A DNA stretch of 63,671 nt, filler included, from Dicyema japonicum (taxonomy: Eukaryota; Animalia; Dicyemida): NCBI GenBank assembly GCA_011109175.1. It is 10 parts of 10 records of this genome, joined end to end, with 100 filler letters (N's around TTAATTAATTAA, not from the genome) between each part and the next. Parts side by side here need not be neighbours in the genome. Positions count along the whole stretch, not along the records: positions 27,483 to 39,410 come from RDEW01000031.1; positions 39,511 to 40,705 come from RDEW01000098.1; positions 40,806 to 53,970 come from RDEW01000218.1; 7 more parts are not named here. One strand, given 5' to 3'. Positions 37,942 to 51,679 of the stretch are shown one piece after another. Both the position numbers and the translations under genes were made by a program. Every line of letters starts with the position of its first letter. Within the stretch, counting starts at the first letter, position 1. A model generated the notes under the pieces. That model saw only the letters and a list, made by a program, of their open reading frames with translations, searched no databases and had not been told where the DNA came from.

Positions 37942-40536
37942 GTTTTGACACAATACATTTCACTCCAGATGATCTCCACGTTGTAGGCTGGCAGTCGCTC
38001 TAATAGTATTTGGAATCAACGATTTTGACGCGCCAGTCGTAGGAGGTCTGTGATACATTATTTTGTTGTCTCTAAAAAGCTGTAAAGCACATGTCGAGAT
38101 CAACTCATGCATTCTTTCAGTCCAGGTTCTCTATCAAAACACTAAAGTTAGAAAAACAACGATCATAAAATTATGAAATTTATGGCTACATGGTGACGTA
38201 AATCACATTCATATCCGCCGCTGTGAGAATCTCTTCAGTAAATTTAGGAAGAGTATCGATGTGAGAATTAAACCCATAATTTATCTCGAGCAGGTTAAAA
38301 GAAAGGGGAGCCACCCCAAGAAGCGATCTGACAAGTAAGGGAAAGAGAATAGTTTTTCTTCATGCCAATTGGCACTTGGTGCCCCCAAAATAGGAGATCC
38401 GCATGACAATGTGGTAACATATGAAAAATCATTCTAAAATCCCTTTGCTTTATGTAAGTACGTAATCTTAGCGTCGTCATTGGACAAAATTAACTTCTTA
38501 CATGAAAAGACTAAGCTTTTTTACTAAGTCAAACATATTCTACTCTTGTAGCTCCACTGTCGAAGCCGTCAATACGAAGGAATGGTCGCGGGTTACTCCG
38601 GTTCTGCAAGATCACGGAATCCACTATGTTTCTCCTTGGCGCAATCTGAAAATGTAAGACATATACTCAGACATCAGCCACCCATCGACTTCCTGCAAAA
38701 GGCAAAAATCCAGACACTTTCGGTAAGAGGTTGGGTCCATCGATGAACACAGGATGAAGATGGCGAAGTGGTTAGGGAAACCGTGATACCTTAGAATGCA
38801 ACAGCTCAATACCACTACCGAAAGTTTTACCAATGTTAAATTAAAAAAAATAAAAAATTAATTATTAATAAAAAACGTGAAATAAATTATAGTTGTCATA
38901 AAAATGATTTCTGTTTGTCAAATACTCGAGTCAGAGACNAAACGTGAAATAAATTATAGTTGTCATAAAAATGATTTCTGTTTGTCAAATACTCGAGTCA
39001 GAGACTACTCGAGTCTTCCGCGAAGAGCACTGCTTAAGATTCGAAATGGAGGACGTACCACTGCATCGTGGACCCGTTAGTTTTCCAGCATATCTACGTT
39101 GAGATGTCTGGCCTTTATAGGCTAGTTTCAACACCCGAAGTAGATTTTAAATATTTTTAATTAATAAAATATTTTTAGTTAAGTAATCAATTTAATTGAA
39201 TTATTTGTTAGGAACTTTTTTATTGAATTAATAAAATGCATTCAAAAAAGACAAAAAGTTTAGATGTCACTAGGGATAAGAATTATTTATTTACTTAGAA
39301 CCCCAGAATAACCGGGAAAAAACAAAATAATGTCAAACAGTTAGTGATCGCAGTTCCCGCAATCAAATGAACCATCTAAACCATGTGGTCTTCCATCGTC
39401 TCTACTACTGNNNNNNNNNNNNNNNNNNNNNNNNNNNNNNNNNNNNNNNNNNNNTTAATTAATTAANNNNNNNNNNNNNNNNNNNNNNNNNNNNNNNNNN
39501 NNNNNNNNNNTGAGCTTTTTTGAAAAATGTATGTTGTGAGTTTGCAGTTGGTTTTGCTTCTGATTTTTTAGTTAAGATTGAATCGTATGTGTTTACTAGG
39601 TCAGACACTTTAGTTTTTTGAGTTTTGTTGGTCGGCACTGTCTCAGGCTTGTTTTTGTTCATCAGAGTCGATGTGAGTTTGCGCACTTTTATAATATATC
39701 ATTACGGAAAATTTCTAGTTATGAATGTGATTTGCATATTTTAACCTTTATTTTGTGATTTTCTGAAAGCTGGATTCTGACATCGGTGCTATTTAGCTTC
39801 AATTCTCGGTCTGGATCAGTTCATTAGTTGAGGATACTCATTTTGTTTTTTAACTCAGTGATCCTCGGACAATAAATATTCACACATAATGACCGTGATC
39901 TGTCAGCATATTTGTCTGCTGTACGTGGGCTACATTTAGACAGAGATCGGACGTATCTGAAGCTAGCAAGATCAACTAAAAGAGGCACTTGGTCTTGCAN
40001 TTAACTCAGTGATCCTCGGACAATAAATATTCACACAAGATAACCGTAATCTGTCAGCATATTTGTCTGATGTACGTGGGCTACATTTAGACAGAGATCG
40101 GACATATCTGAAGCTAACAAGATCAACTAAAAGAGCCACTTGGTCTTGCAAATTTTTGGCTTCTCAAAGTGGCCAAGCATCCCTAGGTTTTAAAAAAGAC
40201 AGACTTTCACTTATTGCTCTAGTTTTCTCGACAGTAATACACGGAACGTCAACCGATTAAGATCGCTTGGTATTTTTTATTTTTAGCGGAAAGTGCTTTT
40301 ACGTCCTCCTTGTAATATTAGTCTAGAAACATGTGAAGTCTCATACCTCCAATCACAAATTACTGCATCATTCAGTTACGTATATATTGGGAATCCCTAG
40401 CGCTTCCTTGGCATGGAAAAGCATTTTGTTTGTGGTATCGCATGAAATAATTGGTGAACTAAAGAAACATGTGACATCAAAGATTTAGAAGAACTAAGGC
40501 AACATTGAATTCTTGTTTCTATGGTTATGAGTCTCC

Positions 40537-40706
40537 AGGGCTGTGGAGTCGGAGTCGAGGGGTTTTTCGTATAGTTGGACTCGGAGTTAAAGAAATAATA
40601 TTTGAGGAGTCGGAGTCAATGATCAAAAGGTCGACTCGATTCCTTCTTGATCGGAAATTTTGTTTATTAGTGTAAGACAAAATTTAAATATTAATTGTAC
40701 GATAAN
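40537..40706 (+). mobile_element. hAT-type MITE end
   Basis: CAGGGCTGTGGAGTCGGAGTC terminus with repeated GGAGTC subterminal motifs. Confidence 0.55.
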
Positions 40707-40805
40707 NNNNNNNNNNNNNNNNNNNNNNNNNNNNNNNNNNNNNNNNNNNTTAATTAATTAANNNNNNNNNNNNNNNNNNNNNNNNNNNNNNNNNNNNNNN
40801 NNNNN

Positions 40806-41010
40806 CGGGGATCGCTACCGATTTACTCCTGTTGCGACCAAATCATCGGGAGTCAAGGTTGAATGACGGCTGAGTTCTTGCGAGAACTCGGAGAAATGCG
40901 TTCCAAAAACAAAAGAAATCAACGAGAAGGGTTATGGCTAAGATAAAAGATTGGAATGGCCATAATCCGAAAGAACTCGTTCGCTATCCACGCTGCAAGC
41001 TTCCTCAACT
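40806..41010 (+). mobile_element. CRE-like LINE 3' end
   Basis: YRFTPVATKSSG..REGLWL..RIGMAII. Confidence 0.7.
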
Positions 41011-42518
41011 GACATTTGTTTAATGGTTAAAAAATTATTTTTTTTTAAAAAAAATAAATAAAAAAATAAAGAAAAAAGTTGAAAATGCAGAAGACCTTGA
41101 TTACTCAAGAGAGAAAACAAGTAAAAAAAATACTTGGAAGATGTTATTAATAAAATCGTTATGAATGTGCTGTGGAGTATTTAAAATAATAAAATACAAC
41201 GAGAAAAGTAATTTTAGTTAAAGAATAGGTACATATACATTTGGTCATTTGATATTTCGGCGTTTAATAACTAATTTGATGACTCCGATGACAACAGTGA
41301 GTATAATTCTTATAATTATATACATTTTTAAAATGATTAGAATTTACATTTTTCCAGGAGTACATTTTTTAAAACACACCGACTCTAAAATTTAGGAAAA
41401 ATCAAACCGTTTCCAGTATGATGGAATTTAGAATCATCCCGAAAAATTTGTGTCTTAAATGATGAAAAGTCATATATGTCATCAGAAAAATTTACTGAGA
41501 GACAATTATTTGTTTTGTAATTGTATTTTATTAAAATAAATCTAATAAGAAATAATTTCAATTGAATAATTGTTTGTATACCATTATTCTTTATAAAGAA
41601 CATTTGTTAGTGTCCTTTTTAATAAACTTTTTCCATATACTTATATTCGATGTTTTAATTCAAAATTAATGATTGAGGACAAAAACATTAACAATAACAT
41701 AAATATCTAAAATAACGCGTCGATGTTTATAATTTTGGTTACTGGTTATATTGATGAATTTATTTTTTTTTATATTTTGAAACAAATTACAGTAAACCCT
41801 CATTAATCCGAACTAAAAAATTTTGGATCCCTTTCGGATTGTGAAAATTCGAAAGAAACAAATATATTAATTTCATTAAAGTTAATATTATGTTTTCACA
41901 TATAATAATATCTCCATTTTAGCATCTATAATTTATTTGTCGATATAATAATCTTTACAAAAAAACAATTTCGTTCTCGTCTAGCACTTCTGTTTTAAAT
42001 GTGTAAGATTGAAAAAAGAGTCTAGTTTCATTTATTTTTAGCCTAAGTCAGGGTTAACTTCTTTCATTAATCAGAAAAGTCTTATTCTATGCTGCAATGT
42101 GAAACGTCTTTAAGAATTTAAAAAGTATTCTATCCTAATCCACCAAAATTCTTTCTGCTTTGGGGGAATCTTTATTCATCGAAAAAAAACATAATAGCCA
42201 TTTTCGTAAATAATCAAAACAACTTTTTTATGGCACAATCGAATAAGTATTAGATTACTAATTGGCACAATCGAATATTGATTTGAGAATGGTGTTAATA
42301 TCGTAATCTGTTCATTAATTTTTGGAACGACCAATTACGCTCGGTTATATTGGAATGATCATTTACCAATCCTTTATAAACTCCACCTTACTCCTTTGAG
42401 GTCAAGCCTGCTCTACTACAATATAATCTGACAAGAATGACTGAGACCAATTCCAAAAAAGCATTGGTATATATTTGTGACGTTTTGGGCATTTTTGTAA
42501 TCAGGAGTCTTCCAAGTT

Positions 42519-44360
42519 TGATACATTCTTAAGATAGTCTCCAATGTATCAATTGGTGATTTCAAAATTAATCAAATTAATTAGAAAGTAACGAAGTTCT
42601 TAATTAAGTTTCAAACATCAAAGTTACAATTTTGAACAAGAATGGATAACATCGAAAAATGTAAGTTAGAACGATGATAGATACTTATGATGGTCGACAA
42701 TGGATCTATTGGTGATTTCGACATTAATAAATTCTATTAGAAATTAACGAATTTCTTAATTTAGTTTCAACACATCAAAGTCATAGTATGAACATTAATG
42801 GATGATGTCGAAAAATATAATAATAGAAAAAGATAGATTCTAAAGATGCTCGGCAATAATTCAATTGGTGTTTTCGACATTAATCAAATCAATTTAAAAT
42901 ATATGAAATTCTTAATTAAGTAACAGCATATGAAATTCATAATTATGTCAGGAATGGAAGATATGGAAAAATAATTGTACAAAAAGGATGATATATTCAA
43001 TATAGTCGGAAATGGATAAATTAGTTATTTCTACAAAAATCAAAAAAATGAGAAATGAACGAAGTACTAATTAAGTATCAATACTTCAAAGAAACAATTG
43101 TGAACATTAATGGAAGATGTCGAAAAATGTAAGTTAGAACGATGATAGATACTTATGATGGTCGGCAATCGATCAATTTGTTGATTTCGACATTAATCAA
43201 GTCAATTAGAAATTATCGAATTTCTAAATTAAGTTTCAGCACATTAAAGTCATAGTATGAACATGAATGGATGATGTCGAAAATTATAAGTAATATAACG
43301 ATGATAAATATTTGTGAGTGTCGGCAATGAATCAATTGGATTTTTAGAGATTCTTCAAATCAATTTTAAAATATAGGGAATTCTTAATTAAGTATAGCAA
43401 TCAAATTTATAATTATGAACAAGAATGGATGATGTCGAAAAATAATTGTACAAGAAGGACGATAGATATATTATGATGGTCGGCAAGTGATCAATTGGGG
43501 ATTTCGACATTAATCAATTCATTTAGAAATGAACGAAGTTCTATTTAAGTATCAATACATCAAAGAAACAATTGTGAACAGGAATGGATAATATCGAAAA
43601 ATATTTGTACAGGAAGGATGATAGATGAGTGTCGGCAATGGATCAATTGGTGATTTCGACATTAATCAAATAAATTATAAATTAACGAAATTCTTAAATA
43701 AGTTTCAACACATCAAAGTCTTAATTATGAACAGAAATGAAAATATCGAAAAATATACGTAATAGAAAAAAGATACATTCTTAAGATAGTCTCCAATGTA
43801 TCAATTGGTGATTTCAAAATTAATTAAATTAATTAGAAAGTAACGAAGTTCTTAATTAAGCATCAAACATCAAAGTTACAATTTTGAACAAGAATGGATA
43901 ACATCGAAAAATGTAAGTTAGAACGAAGATAGATAATTATGATGGTCGGCAATGGATCTATTGGTGATTTCTACATTAATCAAATCAATTTAAAATATAC
44001 TAAATTTTTAGTTAAGTAACAGCAGGTGAAATTCATTATTATGTCTGGAATGGATGATGTCGAAAAATAATTGTACACATAGGATGATATATATTCAATT
44101 TAGTCGGAAATGGATAAATTGGTTATTTCTACAAAAATCAAAAATATGAGAAATGAACGAAATACAAATTAAGTATCAATACTTCAAAGAAACAATTGTG
44201 AACATTAATGGAAGATGTCGAAAAATGTAAGTTAGAACGATGATAGATACTTATGATGGTCGGCAATGGATCAATTTGTTGATTTCGTCATTAATCAAGT
44301 TAATTAGAAATTATCGAATTTCTAAATTAAGTTTCAACACATTAAAGTCATATTATGAAT
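42519..44360. repeat. ~157-bp tandem satellite, about 12 monomers, higher-order organisation
   Basis: AATTGGTGATTTC-like motif recurs at about 42551, 42707, 42863, 43019, 43175, 43334, 43493, 43645, 43803, 43960, 44117 and 44273. Confidence 0.92.
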
Positions 44361-44519
44361 TCTTTTTTACGTTCCAAAAATGAAATAACTTTTTATATGA
44401 CCCAGTAACCAGAATTCTTCGGAGGATAACATCTGGATTGAATACTACAGACTAGTGAGGTTGGGTTTAGGCTGAGAGTGATTTTCATAATATAGTCTCT
44501 TTATAAGATCGCTTGAATC

Positions 44520-46113
44520 ATTGATATCAAAAGTGAGCAATGAGTTACTTTATACAATAAACTCTTTCAATCATGCCACTCTTAAATTTGCCATTTTTAT
44601 CGATTTTTTCAATTTTTCAATGATATTACCCAATTCTGATATTTGCCAATGCTTCTATTCAGTTCAAGAACAGAAATCCTAAACTAAAAACTTGCAAAAA
44701 AATTAAAATACCCGGAGTTTGATGATCTGATAAATGGATTCACAATATACACAATTTGCTCTAACATTTAAGGTACTTTATTAAACAATTCTCTATTATC
44801 ACATAAGGCAGAATTTTTCGCTAAAAAAATTTTGTAAACTAATTTCAAAAATTCTTACGGTTTTTTGGAGAAATTTAGAAAAAATGCGTGATTTTCACTG
44901 CGAAATGCGCACTAAAAACATGGGGATATTGATGGCTTTTAAAAAGAATTTAAAGAAATTTCAAAGAGTTAATTGTTTAAAATATTTATAATTTGTATGA
45001 TACAGTAATATTTTCTAAATTGATTCCTTCTCGGTGCATTTGCAAATTTCCTTTCGGCGGATATAAAAATTTTCAAGAATAGAGTTTCAATAATGCTTTG
45101 CGCCAATATGTCAGGGCCACATAAGATAAAGCCATTATTGATTGGGAAACCAAACATGCTCCGATGTTTCAAGAAATATGATTATAAATCCTTAGTTACT
45201 TGATACAATTCTCAAAAGGCATTGACGATTTCATCAATTTTTGCGAATTGGATTACAAATTATTACAATCTATTTAAAATTGAAAATATATCAATTTTGT
45301 AATTAATGGATAATTGCCCATCTCATTGCCCACTTCTTTATAAGGAAAATACAAAAATTATGTTTATTCCAAAGTACAGTACAAAACTTATTCAACCTAT
45401 GGATCTGGGAATCATAAAATATTTCAAAGTTCATTTTACAACGCACAAATTACTATATTTAACGGATATATTGGAATGCGAGAGAACTCATTACATGAAT
45501 CTTACAAGAGGTTAAATGATACTGTATTGTTTGTAAAATTGTCATAAGAAGATATGGAATCTAAAACAATTTCAAACTGTTTTGAAAGTCTAGAACGTAC
45601 ATAATGCGAATCAGAACTTACTAACATAATGCAACAGAGAAATTGTATCCAGAACATATATTTATGAACCTATTGAAATAGAAGAATTTATTTTAACTGA
45701 TTATAGTGAAAAGAAGGCAACTGATGAAGACGATAAATTAATTGCTATTGAGGAACAAGAGTTATATGAGTAATTAAACATGGCAGAAATGCTTTTAAAA
45801 TTTAGAGAGATTGAAAATTATCTTCTAGAAAATATTGAAAATAACAACTATGCAGAATTCATTACTTCAATAAGAATATTATAAAGAAAATATTAATTTC
45901 CTTTAAGAGGCAATTGGGAATTGAGTATTACTTTATTAAAATTTAATTAATTTTTGTTTCCTTGGTTAAAAATATTGTTTTACTTAAAAATAAAATTTAT
46001 GAATTTAAATAGTTTAATTATTTTTTAATTAAAATAATTCTAAGATCTGCCAATTCTTAAATTTGCAACAATTTGGCTGGAAACAAATACGGCAAATTTT
46101 TGAAAGTTTACTG
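44520..46113 (+). mobile_element. pogo/Tigger transposase pseudogene with right TIR
   Basis: KIKPLLIGKP..RCFK, MDNCPSH and IQPMDLGIIKYFK. Terminus GTTTACTG|TA at 46106-46115. Confidence 0.85.
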
Positions 46114-46831
46114 TATATGAATTGTAACAATCGATTTGGTTTAATTTATCATATCTTTGAATTATGAACAGTGTAGGTCAGAGATTGTCAAACTTTGTGC
46201 CGCCAGATAATTTATAGTGTACCGACAGCCAAACACGATAATCCCTGCTTGTCGTATCTTTTCTCGGACTATGTTTGGTCATTAACATGAACAAAAAATA
46301 ATGAAGAAACCTTTGTCAAATAATAGTGTTTCTCGTNGCAAGTGAAAGAAACGGGTGGTTAACAAGAACAGTCAGGAGTTGTCGATTTGATTTGGTGGGG
46401 CAGAGCAAATAAAATTCAGCTCCTAAGATCGTAGTAAAACGTCTTTTCTATAGAAAAAGTCATTTCATATCCAAGTAGTGGAAAACCCTCAATGAAGTAG
46501 AAATGAGAGATCCTTATTGGATGCGAATGGACCTAACGTGAGACATGTTGATCACATAACCACTGGTTTTCACGGAGATAATGATATTATTATTAAAAGC
46601 ACTTTCACAGAATCAAAGAAGGTTATATTAACTAAGATCCCGTTAGTGCCACAGATAAGGATAATCGAAAATATAAAAATTTTATTAATATTATTAATTA
46701 AAATAATATAATAAAAATAGTAAAAAGGGCAATTCGAAATACTATTATCAATAGTTCAAGCCAAATGTAATTGATAATGTTGACAACTGTCTTGAAAGAT
46801 AATTATTTTTATACGTGCAATGTAAGTTTTT

Positions 46832-47015
46832 GTCGCTTCTCGGCCTTTTGGCTAAGATCAAAGTGTAGTATCTGTTCTTTCCAGCTTTATATCTGGGACG
46901 CCCTTACAAGGGGCAAGATATAATGCTTATTTTTGTAACTTGGTGTGTGTTGCGAAGCTTGCTTCCGCCATACCGCGCGTCCTCCTAGTATTGCAGTACT
47001 TCTAGGTTGGGCGCA
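46832..47015 (+). ncRNA. U2: U2 spliceosomal snRNA
   Basis: TCGCTTCTCGGCCTTTTGGCTAAGATCAAAGTGTAGTATCTGTTCTT, stem IIa CCAG/CTGG, Sm site ATTTTTG, and stem IV loop TATTGCAGTAC. Confidence 0.96.
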
Positions 47016-47149
47016 TAGACCCTTTGGGGGTTTCTTGAAATTAATATATCTGACTATTTTTCGTTCTAGGAATCGAATTATCATTTAGTTGTGCTTTCAG
47101 TAGTTATAGAAGGCTATAATATATCTAGAAAACCCTGGGTTCGCACATA

Positions 47150-47800
47150 AAAATGACAAAGTACACTCAGACAGTTAATGTATTCCAGTTTATGAAATGT
47201 ACCCCAGCCTCCTGGAATCGCATTATCATATAGTTGACATCAAATTGATTGGAAGACAACTACTGATCGATCCAGGCTCTGGGTCATAGGGTGAGTTGAA
47301 AATCGATGCATAAATCCTAAAAACGCTAGTTTAGTGCCACGTGATTACCTAAAAGAGTAATTAAATTTCTCTACCTCATCATCAAATGGAGTAGTTGTCC
47401 CTTTGCAAATAATATATTCCATCAAGACGCTTTGACGATTCAAATATAATGTTGAGGAGTGGAAAGTTTGATTTTAAAATAATTATTAATCTTTGATTTA
47501 AGTAGTTCGACAAAAGGTTTGATATATTCAGTTCATGTAAAGATTCGAAATTTTAAAGGCACAATATGAATCACCGACAAATTAGGAGAGAATCATCTTG
47601 GTCTCCTTAACTAGTCATCTCACCTTTGCTCTATGTTCTTCCAGAGAGCTCATGTTCTTCGTGATCTTTAATCTGAAACGACTCCACATATCTGCCAAAG
47701 ATTTTTTAAATAGCCTTTCCCATCAGTACGTCCCTTCCAAGTATCTGACATTATGGGAACTCCTCCACTGAAGTAGAGAAAAGATGATTTTCAGATATCA
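47150..47800 (-). mobile_element. Possible heavily decayed Ty3/Gypsy pol remnant
   Basis: Minus strand ILGRDVL (protease end), then LCIDFQLTL..IDQ (RT start). Many stops. Confidence 0.3.
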
Positions 47801-48749
47801 GCCAGGCATTGGCGTCTCCTGAGTTAGGTGGATCCCAGCACTAACTTCTAATACACTCGTCTAAAGATAATCCACTTTGATGTCGATTTTCTACCACGTG
47901 CTCAGTGTAGTGAATATACATCTTTGACGATCCATTATACTTATTTTCACAACCCCGTTATGAATTGACTGGGGCGTATGCAACATTTAGGAGACACCAC
48001 GTGTGATTGGAATATTAACTATCGTCCTATTCTACGTGAATCCACTACTTTCTTAGGAATTTTGGATTCCCAAAGTCTTCGAGTCCGTTACCTCGTTCAT
48101 ACTTACAAGAAGGAAGACAGACTTCCACCAATCATGAGCTAAGTAGATGTCATTCCATACAATAGAGTTACGAAAACACCCTTAATCAACGACTTGGCTA
48201 AACTGGTCGGCTAACCACGTGGGATATGAACAATGACTACTCATTCTAGTGGTCAATTGGTCGTCGATGACGTAGCTATGATGCGCTATGACAAAGTTTT
48301 AGTGAACTAATAGCTTCATCTACCAGGGTGGATATGACTTCTTGTCTCCCACCTTGATGGACTCAAGAGACATAGTATATCCGAGGTTTTGAATGAGGAA
48401 CATCGGATTGGTTAGAATTCAGTCTTCTCAAATTGAGGGAACTTTGAGAGATAAGTCAGCCATTTTAACAAAGTTACTAAAGATTCGAACTTCTATTGCA
48501 CACTTGTTGAATTAAACAGAGGCGACGAGAAGGTGGCACTAGGGAAAAATGTCTTGTCTCGCTACTAACATGACTAAAATCCCAACGAAATAAGAACTTA
48601 GGGGTTTAAAGAGGAGATGTTAGGGCAGCGCTTCCCGATTGGAGGTGCGAGAAATAATTTTTAAAATCATGATTAAACTATGGCAACCAGAAAATTGCAA
48701 TTTTAAAATAGAAATTGCAACGAAAATTGTCACTCGAGTTGTCACTCGA

Positions 48750-49416
48750 CGGGGGCCTGGATGAACGCTTATCCATCTGCCGAAATTGGAAACCTGTTGG
48801 ATAATGAAGGCTGTGAGAATAGCTACCTCGCTTCGTCTTGTCTTAAATTGTGTGCCGAAAGAAAATGCCGCTGTTGGACGTTGGATCGATCCTTTTGGTT
48901 ATCATCCCTTGTCATGCAAGATGAGTGCGAGTCGTTTTCCCAGCACTCCTGTCTTAACATGACATTAAAGATTCCCTTGCCTCTGCTGGACACCATTGCC
49001 TGTTAGAACCTGCTGTCTTTCCCGAAACGATGGAAAACGCCCTGATGAGATGACAACTTTTCCATTCGCCAACGGACGAAAACCTGATCTGGGACGCGGA
49101 CGAAACCTGATCGACGTGTGTTGATACTTATTCCCCGTCTAATTTGGTTGCTTCTGCATCAGACCCAGGACATGCTTCAAAGCAGGCCGAGGAACGAAAG
49201 AGGAAGAAATACCAGAGAATTTCGGAGGAGTATCTTTTTGTTCCATTCTCGGCGGAAACGTCAGGAATCCTTGGCCCCCAAGCAGATGAGTTGGTTCGTA
49301 AGATCGGCTCCATTATTCAAGCTGTGACCAAGGATCCGCGAGAGATTAATTGGTTCCGAGAACGTATCTCGTTGGCTATTGTTAGAGGAAATAGCATGGC
49401 CATTCAGATGCCTTAA
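48750..49416 (+). mobile_element. CRE-like LINE 3' part
   Basis: DGKRPD, FVPFSAETSGILG and RISLAIVRGN. Confidence 0.8.
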
Positions 49417-49869
49417 TTTAATTTTTATTCGTTTAACGAAAATTGTTTTAATTGTATAAAATTGCATTATGGAAAAATAAACATTGCAATTTAATAAAAA
49501 TTGCAAAAAATTGTTTTAATTATATAAAATTGCATTATGGAATAACATTTATTGTAATGGAAATTAAATATTCCTGGAACATTTTCAGGTTTAGTTTCGA
49601 TTTTAAGAATTTTCGTTAAAAAGAGACATCCTTTCAACTGAAGCTGATCTTACCGCAACAATTTTGAAGGTGTGAGTAAATTTCTGGCGAAATATCTTTA
49701 TTTTGGAAATCATGAATACTTAGTATCTCAGATTTCAGAAGCTTTAAATTCTATGCTGTTCAGATCTGCATAAGATTTTTCAATTGAATAATCGAGTAGT
49801 TAGGGATTGAAATCATTTCAATTAACACCAAATAGTTTGAGCTGATTTAGTTAAACTTGAAAACATCGT

Positions 49870-50750
49870 GGGAATATTTTTTTGGTGAATTTCCTCAGTG
49901 GACGAAGAGGACGGGTCTGTTTGGGAAATCTACGATCGAGCTCCCGTTTAATTCCAAATGGAATACCCCAAAGATCTCCTCTGTCCCCTATACTCTTCAA
50001 CCTTTTCTTGAATGATATTCCGACTCCGGAGCATGAGGATGACCTTTACTGGCTTATGCAGATGATATTGTTATTGCATCCAGGGACCAAGACGTTCAGG
50101 TCTCCTCGGAGAGATTACAATTACTTATAAACTGCTTAAACTACTGGTTAAATGAAAACAGTCTGTCGATCAGCCCGGAAAAGTCGGTTACGTCTCTCCT
50201 TACTTCTGATAAGAGAATATCCAACAGGACGGTGGAAATAGAAGCAGATGGAAGCAAGTTGCCATTCCAAAAATGGCAGAAGATCATGGGAGTAGTATTC
50301 GACACCCATATAACTTTCTCGCGCCACGTGGGAAATGTTTTAAACAAATGTGAAAAGAAAATCAACCTCTTGAAGGGGATCTCTGATTTATGGAAGATCG
50401 GAAGTCATCCCGTTCTGAAATCACTATACAGCCAGTATGTCGAGCCATGCATGTGCATCATGGGGCCTCTCAATTTCTTGGACGAATGTACAGAGAATTG
50501 CGGCAACCCAAAAAGAGCGTTTTCCGTGATAGAAAACTGGATCAAAGGCGATCTAAATTCTATACCTGCCCCTTGGAAGACCTAATAAGAAGAAAAGGAG
50601 GCCAAACTGAACGATACTGGAGGATCCGTCCACTGCGTTCTTGTGTTGGATCGAGGGAAGACCACCGGACCAAGCTGAGATCCCTATTGAAATTCGCCGG
50701 GATCACATAAATTCTTGTTTTTGTCTTTAACTGTGGTCTTTGGAATTAAA
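49870..50750 (+). mobile_element. I/Jockey-like LINE RT-3' end
   Basis: NFLSGR, GIPQRSPLSPILFN, YADD and KIMGVVFD. Confidence 0.85.
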
Positions 50751-51679
50751 TTTCAAATTTCAATTATTGATGGAGTCGACCACAATAATAATTCTGGTAC
50801 CTGGATTGTTAACCCATTTGCATGCAACATCACTGAATACGACTCAAATTCTTTGGAGGTTTTGGTTCACAAGTTGGGTTTCCGACCTTTGCAAAGAAAC
50901 ACTGCTAGTTTTGGTTCAATTTGCAACAACTTGGCTGTGTGAATCTGGATTTCATCTCTACTATATAAAAATAAGTACCGAAAAACCCTTAAAACTAGCA
51001 AACAAAAAACCACATTTCGAAGAATTATTAAAATTAAAAGGTAGGAAAAGTGTCTAGGAACCTAACTAATTTTTTTGATAAAATTCGAATTCTGTTAGAT
51101 TTAAAATCGGGGGTGCGAGGACAGTTTTCAAATTTTTGGTTGAGTTAGTGACGCGATTTAATTGGACAAGTCTTAATCACAGGCTATCTGATTAGTTTAC
51201 TGTTCTGTCACTTTAAGAGACGAACTTCATGTGTGGAGTAGATGAGTTACATAATGATTGCCAAATCATCCGCCTATCATCAGAATCTCACCACCATGGA
51301 CACGAACTTACTCAAATGTCTCTCGAGTCTATCACCTCGTCTCTGTTCCCTAAGCGAATATATGCGTTTTCACTAATCAGAAATCATTAGACATTTCCAT
51401 TATTATTACCTCAAACTTACAATGGTAAGCCCAGCACAAACAGTCAAAACTAGTTAATTCAAGGAAGGAACCAAAGGGAGAATGTCTGCTTGTGCCGAAA
51501 AAATCCATGACATCTCCATGAATGGATTAAATCACAAATTTAATATCAAAGACAAGAAGGATATAATTAAATCTCTTAAAGTACAGAATAACCTGAGTTA
51601 CCCCCTCATTTGAATAGGTAGAGTTTCTCTTCAACCAGGATAGGTCTGCTTATCCCCATCAAGCATCCATAGATCGATT

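Noticed and set aside
38200-38300. M20 peptidase-like NSHIDTLP motif on the minus strand
   Set aside because: No downstream GRGxxD motif or coherent gene structure.
42519-44360. CRISPR array or repetitive coding gene
   Set aside because: Units are homologous along their whole length with no unique spacers, no cas genes are present, and the frames examined contain stops.
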